From NCBI GenBank assembly GCA_903925515.1, contig CAIYFP010000518.1, forward strand, positions 1-35,705: DNA of 35,705 bases, in the 5' to 3' direction. The translations under genes were made by a program, and so were the position numbers. This document shows, in pieces, positions 28,498 through 35,705 of this stretch. The stretch's first letter is position 1; the number at the start of each line of letters is the position of its first letter. Below the pieces are notes generated by a model, which did no database searches, was not told the DNA's origin, and saw only the letters and a list, made by a program, of their open reading frames with translations. The stretch is from an uncultured Verrucomicrobiota bacterium. GTDB lineage: Bacteria > Verrucomicrobiota > Verrucomicrobiia > Limisphaerales > UBA9464.

Positions 28498-30051
28498 TCA
28501 ACGCCCGCCCGCCCGCGCCCCGTCCTCAAGGGCCATCAACGTCGTCATCGTCCCCACGTAAACCACCCCGTTCGCCGCCGTCGCCGTCGCGCTGATCGGC
28601 GCCCCAAGGTTCACCCGATGCATCAACCGCTTCTCGCCCGCGTCCGCAAGGATGCTCAGCTCCCCGCGGCGCGTCCCAACGTACACCTTCCCGTCCGCCA
28701 CCAACGCCGACGCCCAAACCTCGCCGTCCACCGTCTCCGTCCAAAGCGAACGCCCCGTCGCGGCATCAAGGCAATGCAGCGTCCGCATCGAGTCCGCCAC
28801 GTACACGCGCCCACCGGACAACGTCGGCGTGGACATCGTGTGACGCCCCAGCGGGGCCGACCACACCAACGCCGTCCCCGTCCGGTCCCCCGTCCCGCGC
28901 GGGTCGATGCACCGCACCCATGCCGCGTTCTTGCCCCAGAACCAGTCCCCTCCCCCCGCCACGTACAACCGTCCCCCGTGCAGCACCGGCATCCCGTAGA
29001 TGTTGCTCGGGCTCGTCGCACGGTTCCCATTGAAGCGATGCACGTCCTCCTTCGGCCCCTCCGGGTCGAAGTCGAACCTCCACAACGCCTTCATCCGCCG
29101 CACCTCGCCCCCGGGCACGTCCTTCCCCGAGACCGTCTCGAATCCGTACAAGACGCCGTCCCCGCCCGCGAACAGGACCCGCGGCCTCCCATCGATCACG
29201 CCCATCGACGGCGACGACCAGGTGCAATGAAAGATGCGCGGCGCGATCCGCTCGTCGTCCCGCGCCACGATGCGTCCCGTGTGCTTGTCCAGCACAAGGA
29301 GGCTCGGGGCGTCCGGCGTCCGGATCTTCTTGTGGGTGTTGTCCACCCCCGTGCCGGAGTTCAGGTAGAGCTCGTCCCCGTGCACCATGATCGACGCATG
29401 CGCGGCGTCATGCGACCAGATGCCCGCCTCCGCGTGCAGGCTCACATGCCATAGGACGTCCGCGTCCAATGGCCCCGCCGCCACCCGCGGCTCCCCCTCC
29501 GGACTCTGCAACCGGGCCTCCTCGGCAAAGCCTTGGTTCCCGTTCTCCATCCCGGCCATGTCGAGGCACACCACCTCGCCCCGGCTCGTCACCACGTAGG
29601 CACGGTCCCCCTCCACCGTCGCCGTCGAGGACATCCCGGAGTTCGGCCAGTCGAGATAGGGATCCTCCGCCCGCTTCGGGACCACCAACTGCCAGCGCAA
29701 TGCCCCCGTCGCCTCATCAAGACAAAGCAGCACCCCGCGATCGCCAACATGCCGCGGGTCCCGCGGTCGCCCGTTGTTCGTCCCCACCAACACGCGCCCA
29801 CGCGCCACCACCGGCGTCGAATGCGATTCCGTCCCAAGCGGCGCCACCCATCGCACGTTGCGCCCCGTCCCCATGTCGAAGCTCCCCGGCAACCCGCGCT
29901 CGGTCGAAGCAAGGTTGCGCCCCCATGCATGGCCCCACTGCGGCTGGTCCGCGCCCATCAAGGCGTCCCCACCAAGCCATGCCAGCATTGCGATTCCCAA
30001 CGACATCCCCCGGCGCTTCAAGCCGCCAAGGCTCCGTGCGCTCGTCTTCAC
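28498..30051 (-). CDS. PQQ-binding-like (BamB-type) beta-propeller protein
   Basis: Signal peptide, QWG...RN, NVRW...LG, HSTPVV..GRVLVGTNN, and repeated CLD..TG..W motifs. The GTG start overlaps the RbsD stop. Confidence 0.88.
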   Translation of the reverse strand: MKTSARSLGGLKRRGMSLGIAMLAWLGGDALMGADQPQWGHAWGRNLASTERGLPGSFDMGTGRNVRWVAPLGTESHSTPVVARGRVLVGTNNGRPRDPRHVGDRGVLLCLDEATGALRWQLVVPKRAEDPYLDWPNSGMSSTATVEGDRAYVVTSRGEVVCLDMAGMENGNQGFAEEARLQSPEGEPRVAAGPLDADVLWHVSLHAEAGIWSHDAAHASIMVHGDELYLNSGTGVDNTHKKIRTPDAPSLLVLDKHTGRIVARDDERIAPRIFHCTWSSPSMGVIDGRPRVLFAGGDGVLYGFETVSGKDVPGGEVRRMKALWRFDFDPEGPKEDVHRFNGNRATSPSNIYGMPVLHGGRLYVAGGGDWFWGKNAAWVRCIDPRGTGDRTGTALVWSAPLGRHTMSTPTLSGGRVYVADSMRTLHCLDAATGRSLWTETVDGEVWASALVADGKVYVGTRRGELSILADAGEKRLMHRVNLGAPISATATAANGVVYVGTMTTLMALEDGARAGGR

Positions 30052-30443
30052 CGCGATTCAAGGACCACGTTGGCGTAGATCCGCATCTCGCCCGTGCGCA
30101 CAAGCCCGGTGCTCCCGGGAACGCGCCCCTTCATTTCCACGTGCGGTTCGTACTGCAAGACGCCGGCGCCCGCCCCAAGCGCCTCCTCAAACTCCCGTCG
30201 CGTCCCCGCGTCGTTGTTCTCAAGGAACTCCCGCGCCATCCATGCCGCGCCCGGCTTCCATGTCGCCCGGATCGCCGCCAGCACCTGCGGCACCGTCGGC
30301 ACCCCAGCCACCAACGACAGGTCCACCTCCTCCATCCCCGGCCACGACGGAAACATCGCGTCCGCGATCACGATCCGGTTCGTATGCCGCACCCGCGCCA
30401 GCAGCGACAGCAGGCGCGGGTTCAAAATGCGCGTCTCGATCAT
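30048..30443 (-). CDS. RbsD/FucU-family sugar mutarotase/pyranase
   Basis: ILNP.L..LLAR.RHTN..VIAD..FP, VDLSL, H.EMK and VRTGE...YAN. Confidence 0.88.
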   Translation of the reverse strand: MIETRILNPRLLSLLARVRHTNRIVIADAMFPSWPGMEEVDLSLVAGVPTVPQVLAAIRATWKPGAAWMAREFLENNDAGTRREFEEALGAGAGVLQYEPHVEMKGRVPGSTGLVRTGEMRIYANVVLESR

Positions 30444-30459
30444 CTCCAGTCCCTTCTCC

Positions 30460-31332
30460 CTACCGAAATTCCTTCCCCTCCAGCCCGAGCAGGTAATGAA
30501 ACACCAGGTCCGGCAAGTCCGTGCTGTAGCCCCCCTCCAGCACCCCAAACACCGGCACCCCAAGCCCCCGCAACTCCTTCCCGAGCCAATGGAAATCCTC
30601 CCGCTCCAACGTCCCGTTCGCCAACGGGTCCCGCACATAGGCATCAAAGCCCGCCGACACCCCCACCAACTGCGGCCGCGCATCACGCACCCGCCCCAAT
30701 GCCCGCCCCAGCACCCCACGCCACGCCTCCCGCGACGTCCGCGGCGCCACCGGGTAGTTGAAGCAGTTCCCCCCCACATCCGACGTCCCCGTGCCCGGGT
30801 AGCACGGATGCTGGTGAACCGACACGAACGTCACGCCCTCCCGCCCCAGCACGATGTCCTCCGTCCCGTTGCCGTGGTGCACGTCGAAGTCGAACAACGC
30901 AACCCGCTCCGTCCCCGTCGCCCGTGCCTCCAACGCCGCCACCGCCAAGGAGCCAAGGTAGCAAAAACCCATCGCCTGCCCCCGCGTCGCATGATGCCCC
31001 GGCGGACGCATCAGGCTGAACGCCGGCTCCCCACGCCGCGCACGCCGCATCGCCTCGATCGCCCCGCCCACCGCCCTCCTCGCATGCCCGTCGATCCCCG
31101 GGTGCGCCGGCGTGTCCCCGTCGAAGTCCTCCCCCAACCCAATCCGCGCCAACAACCCGCCCGTGTGCGCCCGCAGCAACATCGCGTCCTCCACCATCGC
31201 CGGCGACGCCCACGTCACCTCCATCGACTTCTGCTGCCGCAACAAGTCAAGGGTCCGCCCCACCCGCTGCGGACGCTCCGGATGACCCGGCGCCCGGTAC
31301 CCCACGCAGCGCTCGTCCGTGATCACCGTCAT
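30460..31332 (-). CDS. Zn-dependent histone deacetylase-family (lysine/polyamine) deacetylase
   Basis: Motifs GHPERP.R, RPPGHHA, GFC, DFDVHHGNGT, YPGTG, SAGFDA and LEGGY. Confidence 0.93.
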   Translation of the reverse strand: MTVITDERCVGYRAPGHPERPQRVGRTLDLLRQQKSMEVTWASPAMVEDAMLLRAHTGGLLARIGLGEDFDGDTPAHPGIDGHARRAVGGAIEAMRRARRGEPAFSLMRPPGHHATRGQAMGFCYLGSLAVAALEARATGTERVALFDFDVHHGNGTEDIVLGREGVTFVSVHQHPCYPGTGTSDVGGNCFNYPVAPRTSREAWRGVLGRALGRVRDARPQLVGVSAGFDAYVRDPLANGTLEREDFHWLGKELRGLGVPVFGVLEGGYSTDLPDLVFHYLLGLEGKEFR

Positions 31333-31342
31333 CGCGCCCTCC

Positions 31343-31711
31343 TCAACGGACGATCTCCCAGCCCGAGGCCACGAGGCCCTTGTAACCCCCAACCAACGAC
31401 GAGACGTTCCGGTAGCCCATCCGCTGCGCCACCTCGCACGTCAGGATGCTCCGGTAGCCCCCCCCGCAATACATCACGATCTCCGCCGACGCGTCCGGGA
31501 ACCTCGCCTCGATGTCCCGCTCCAGCACCCCCTTGCCAAGGTGGACCGCCCCGGCCCCTCGCCCCGCCGCCCACTCCATGTCCTCCCTCACGTCCACAAG
31601 CACCAGCCCCGGGTTCGTCCGCATCCGCTCGCGCAATTCCTCCACCGTCACCTCGCGCACCCGCGCCCGCGCCTCGTCCACCACCTTCAGGAATCCCGCG
31701 GAATGTTGCAT
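31343..31711 (-). CDS. Single-domain rhodanese-like sulfurtransferase
   Basis: DVRE..EW, HLGKG.LERD and active loop YCGGGYRS. TAGGCT lies 7 nt before the ATG. Confidence 0.92.
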   Translation of the reverse strand: MQHSAGFLKVVDEARARVREVTVEELRERMRTNPGLVLVDVREDMEWAAGRGAGAVHLGKGVLERDIEARFPDASAEIVMYCGGGYRSILTCEVAQRMGYRNVSSLVGGYKGLVASGWEIVR

Positions 31712-31979
31712 GAACCCAAGCCTACCCACGCCCCCGTCGGAATGAAGTTCCAAGTTCGCCCCGCCCCCCGGCCGCTCTCGCGCCGCGCGAGCCGGGAGCC
31801 CTTAAACCAAAATGGCTACGCCTGGCTTTGCGCCTCCATCTTGGCTCTTGAAAGCCCTCCGGCGGGACGAATCCTCCGTCATGCAGGAACCGCTCGCCTC
31901 GTCGCCTTCGCCGTCGTCCCGTCCGGCCTCGGCCATCCCATCGTCCGCTCCTGCCCCCAGGGCTTGACCCCCGGCACGA

Positions 31980-34208
31980 GTGCCCCACCCCCAAAACCCG
32001 CGCCCGCCCTTGAGCTTCCAACTGACCCCACCCTCCCAACCTTCCACGCCCGACTCCGTCTCCGGCCTCGTCGAGCGCGTCACGTTCCACAACGAGGAAA
32101 ACGGTTGGTCGGTCCTCAAGGTCCGCGCCAAGGACCATCACGAGCTCGTCACCGTCGTCGGAAGCCTCCCGGCCGTGAACGCCGGCGAATGGCTCGACGC
32201 CTCCGGCCGCTGGGTCCATGACCGCGACTTCGGGCTCCAGCTCAAGGCCGACACCCTCCGAACCAGCCCGCCCGACAGCCCCGACGGCATCGAGCGTTAC
32301 CTCGCCTCCGGCCTCGTCCGGGGCATCGGCCCTTCCTACGCGCGCAAGCTCGTCGCCGCCTTCGGCACCGCCATCTTCGACGTCATCGAGACCGCGTCCG
32401 CTCGCCTCGAGCAGGTCCCCGGCATCGGGCCCAAGCGACGCCTCCGCATCAAGCAGGCATGGAACGAACAAAAGGCCGTCCGCCGCATCATGGTCTTCCT
32501 CCATGGCCACGGCGTCTCCACCGCGCGCGCCGTCCGCATCCACAAGACCTACGGCGACGACGCCATCGACGTCGTCCGCAACGACCCCTACCGGCTCGCC
32601 CGTGACATCCCCGGCATCGGGTTCAAGACCGCGGACCAAATCGCCCTCCATGCAGGTCTCCCGCCCGATTCCCCCAAGCGCATCGACGCCGGCCTTCGCC
32701 ATGTCCTCCTTCAGGCCACCGAGTCCGGCCATTGCGCCCTCCCCTTGGACGATCTCCGCTCCACGGCCTGCGAATGCCTCGCGGCCGACTCCCCGCTCGT
32801 CCTCGCCGGGATCGAACGTTCGCTTCAGCAGGGCGATCTCGTCCGCGAACACATCGACGGCGCCGACCTCCTGTTCCTCCCGCACCTTCGCGAGGCCGAG
32901 CAAGGCATCGCTCGCGGCCTCCTCTCCCGCGTGGCCTGCCCCGCGCCGTTCGCCCACATCGATGCCGCCGGCCTGTTGCCCACCATCGAGGCCGAGACCG
33001 GCCGTCCCCTCGCCCCCAGCCAGCGCCAGGCCCTCATGCAGACGCTGAGGCACGCCGTCATGGTCATCACCGGCGGCCCCGGCGTGGGCAAGACCACCCT
33101 CCTCCAAACCCTCCTCCAACTCCTCGCCCGCCATCAGGTCAGGATGCTCCTCGCCGCCCCAACCGGCCGCGCCGCGCGCCGCCTCTCCGACGCCACCGGC
33201 ATGCCCGCGTCCACGCTCCATCGGCTCATGGAGTTCCAGCCCGGCGGCGCCGGCTTCGCACGCAACCCCTCCAACCCCCTCGCAACCGACCTCCTTGTCA
33301 TCGACGAATGCTCCATGGTCGATGTGCTCCTCATGCACGCCGTCCTCAGGGCCTTGCCAAGGACCGCGGCACTCTGGCTCGTCGGCGACGCCGACCAGCT
33401 TCCCTCCGTCGGACCCGGCAACGTCCTCCGCAACCTCGTCGATTCGGGCGGCCTTCCCGTCGCGCGCCTCGTCGAGGTCTTCCGCCAAGACGGCGGCAGC
33501 CGCATCGTCACCAACGCCCACCGAATCAACTCCGGCTCCCTCCCGGACACCACCCCCTCCTCCTGCCTCACCGACTTCTACTGGATCGAACGCGAGGATC
33601 CCCAACGCATCCTCGCCACCCTCGTCGAGGTCGTCCGTGACCGCATCCCCTCAAGGTTCAACCTCGACCCCATCCGCGACGTCCAGGTCCTCTCCCCGCA
33701 AAACCGCGGCTCCCTCGGCGTCCGCGAGCTCAACCGCGTCCTCCAGTCCTCCCTCAATCCCCCGCGCGAGCCCGACGACGCCGTCCAACGGTTCGGCACC
33801 GACTTCCGCCCCGGCGACAAGGTCCTCCAAACCCGCAACAACTACGACAAGGACGTCTTCAACGGCGACATCGGCCGGGTCACCGCCGTCGATCCCCTTG
33901 AGCAGGAAATCGAGGTGGCCTTCGACAACCGATCCGTCCGGTACGAGTTCGGCGAGCTGGACGAGCTCGCCCTTGCCTACGCCACCACCGTCCACAAGTC
34001 CCAAGGCTCCGAGTTCCCCGCCGTCGTCCTCCCCATGGCGTCCCAGCACCATCTCCTCCTCCAGCGCAACCTCCTCTACACCGCCGTCACCCGAGCAAGG
34101 AAGCTCGTCGTCCTCGTCGGCCAGCCACGCGCCCTGCAACGCGCCGTCCAGAACGCCCACGTCGAACGTCGATGGGGCGGCCTCCTCGCAAGGCTCCGGC
34201 CCGCCTAG
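31980..34208 (+). CDS. recD2: ATP-dependent RecD-like DNA helicase (RecD2)
   Basis: N-terminal [13 protein letters not shown], HhH motifs (GIGP), Walker [42 protein letters not shown] and LLYTAVTRA. The start is uncertain (GTG 31980 or TTG 32010). Confidence 0.95.
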   Translation: MPHPQNPRPPLSFQLTPPSQPSTPDSVSGLVERVTFHNEENGWSVLKVRAKDHHELVTVVGSLPAVNAGEWLDASGRWVHDRDFGLQLKADTLRTSPPDSPDGIERYLASGLVRGIGPSYARKLVAAFGTAIFDVIETASARLEQVPGIGPKRRLRIKQAWNEQKAVRRIMVFLHGHGVSTARAVRIHKTYGDDAIDVVRNDPYRLARDIPGIGFKTADQIALHAGLPPDSPKRIDAGLRHVLLQATESGHCALPLDDLRSTACECLAADSPLVLAGIERSLQQGDLVREHIDGADLLFLPHLREAEQGIARGLLSRVACPAPFAHIDAAGLLPTIEAETGRPLAPSQRQALMQTLRHAVMVITGGPGVGKTTLLQTLLQLLARHQVRMLLAAPTGRAARRLSDATGMPASTLHRLMEFQPGGAGFARNPSNPLATDLLVIDECSMVDVLLMHAVLRALPRTAALWLVGDADQLPSVGPGNVLRNLVDSGGLPVARLVEVFRQDGGSRIVTNAHRINSGSLPDTTPSSCLTDFYWIEREDPQRILATLVEVVRDRIPSRFNLDPIRDVQVLSPQNRGSLGVRELNRVLQSSLNPPREPDDAVQRFGTDFRPGDKVLQTRNNYDKDVFNGDIGRVTAVDPLEQEIEVAFDNRSVRYEFGELDELALAYATTVHKSQGSEFPAVVLPMASQHHLLLQRNLLYTAVTRARKLVVLVGQPRALQRAVQNAHVERRWGGLLARLRPA

Positions 34209-34291
34209 GCCCACCCCCCGCCCCCCGCCCCAGCGCCCCATCGCCGGACTTGCCATCCTCACCCGCCTTGGGTTTCCTCCCATCATCTCCT

Positions 34292-35170
34292 ATGCGCATG
34301 CCTTCCACTCCGCTTCCCCGGCGCGGCTTGCCGGGCTTCACCCTCATCGAGCTCCTCGTCGTCATCGCCATCATCGCGATCCTCGCCGGCATGCTCCTCC
34401 CCGCCCTCGGCAAGGCCAAGCAGCGTGCCCAAGGCGTCTCCTGCATGAACAATTCCAAGCAGCTCATGCTCGCATGGAAGCTCTACGCCGACGACAACTC
34501 CGAACGCCTCGTCGGCGCCGCAAGCTGGACCGCTCCCGGCTCCTCCCGCGAGACCCCAAACTGGACCGCCGGAAGCTGGCTCGACGCCTCCCGCGGCCAG
34601 GAATCCCGCCAGGACAACTGGGACCATGACATGTTCACCCGGAAGTCCGTCCTCTGGAAGTACTGCGGCAATTCCATCGGCGTCTGGCATTGCCCCGCCG
34701 ACACCACCATGGGCTTCGATACCCGCCAACGCCGCAAGGTCCCCCGCATCCGCTCCATGTCCATGAACAACTGGGTCGGCGGTCCCCCATGGGGCGAGTC
34801 CGGCCCGGGCTGGAAGGTCTATATCAAGGAGTCCGACATCTCCAACCCCGGCCCCGCCCAGACCTTCGTCCTCCTCGACGAACGCGAGGATTCCATCAAC
34901 GACGGCTACTTCGTCGTGGACATGAACGGCTTCACCGAGGGCAACCCCGACCGCATGATGAAGCTCGTGGACTACCCCGCCCAGTACCACGGCAACTCCG
35001 CCGGGTTCGCCTTCGCCGACGGCCACTCCGAGATCCACAACTGGAAGTCCGCCGAGCTCCGCCGACCCGTCCGCAAGGGCACCCTCCTCGCCCTCAACAT
35101 CGCCATCGGCAGCCGCCCCGACCTCAAGCGCGACGTGTACTGGATGGCCGAACGCTCCACGCGAAAGTAG
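34292..35170 (+). CDS. Prepilin-type N-terminal cleavage/methylation protein with C-terminal H-X9-DG motif (PVC-expanded family)
   Basis: G|[32 protein letters not shown]...W.LYADD, CPAD, RSMSMN and [14 protein letters not shown]. Confidence 0.92.
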   Translation: MRMPSTPLPRRGLPGFTLIELLVVIAIIAILAGMLLPALGKAKQRAQGVSCMNNSKQLMLAWKLYADDNSERLVGAASWTAPGSSRETPNWTAGSWLDASRGQESRQDNWDHDMFTRKSVLWKYCGNSIGVWHCPADTTMGFDTRQRRKVPRIRSMSMNNWVGGPPWGESGPGWKVYIKESDISNPGPAQTFVLLDEREDSINDGYFVVDMNGFTEGNPDRMMKLVDYPAQYHGNSAGFAFADGHSEIHNWKSAELRRPVRKGTLLALNIAIGSRPDLKRDVYWMAERSTRK

Positions 35171-35555
35171 CGACCCGAGGGCATCGCGGGCGCCCAAGGA
35201 AGGGCGCCCCCCATCATCCCCACCCCAGCCGGCACGACCCTTCAACCCCAAGCCGGCACGCGGATTTCAGATGCCCATACCCTCCGGTGAAGCTCAACCC
35301 TTTGCCCATGCCGTAGGCCACCCGCCCCCTAAGCGTTAACCTCGATCGGCTTCATCCCCGCATCAGGGGAACCGCGCACAAGGAACGGCCCGCGAAGACT
35401 CGGGTCCACGGACACGATCCGCGGCCACGACCGGACTCTCTTTTTTTGTGTGTTTCGTGGTTCCAACCCTTGGCCGCCCTCAAGCACCTCGCATGGCTTC
35501 CCTTCACCTACCCGAGGCAGCACGCGACCCACTCGCCCCCGCATGCAACCAAAAA

Positions 35556-35705
35556 GCCTCAATGTGACTTCGTGTGGCTGGAAGGGAGGGGGTCGGGCAG
35601 GTCGAACTCAAGGCGCGACGCCACGAGGTAGATCATTGCCGTGAAGTACCGGACGGTACGGAAGCCGCGCGATTTCCTCTTCACCGTCTGGATGATCCCG
35701 TTCAG
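35556..35705 (-). mobile_element. Right end of an ISL3-family element (transposase C-terminus, stop at 35559-35561)
   Basis: The minus strand reads LNGIIQTVKRKSRGFRTVRYFTAMIYLVASRLEFDLPDPLPSSHTKSH*, typical of ISL3 transposase tails. The end GCCTCAATGTGACTTCGTGTGG abuts an A-run. Confidence 0.78.

Overview
This is a high-GC bacterial chromosomal segment, probably Verrucomicrobiota/PVC. That is an inference from the prepilin H-X9-DG protein, the PQQ-propeller protein, the DUF6580-like transporter and the protease C-terminal 'SxDLxxW...R(F/W)YR' domain. Both ends of the window carry transposase 3' ends: IS1634-like on the left and ISL3-like on the right. Between them lie about 27 mostly housekeeping or metabolic genes: ung, a putative transporter, a radical SAM protein, galM, a broken sialidase-like gene, a two-subunit class I fumarate hydratase, aspS, glnB, a kexin-like S8 protease, a hydroxyproline-epimerase-like enzyme, gluQ, an RmlD-like SDR, ppk1, dapF, a TPR protein, a purple acid phosphatase, a uronate isomerase, an SMP-30 lactonase, a three-gene ABC system, a PQQ-propeller protein, RbsD/FucU, an HDAC, a rhodanese, recD2 and a prepilin-type protein. 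No CRISPR array, rRNA, tRNA or recognisable defence island was seen. The most notable signals are outside the gene calls: (1) an extreme C-over-G strand skew that sets codon usage by gene orientation; (2) repeated leaderless-type promoter architecture; (3) three kinds of structured intergenic elements, namely a three-copy 47-bp core with invertible flanks, a two-copy ~220-bp diverged repeat and a ~170-nt rod-like hairpin. All family assignments come from motifs recognised by eye, not from database searches.
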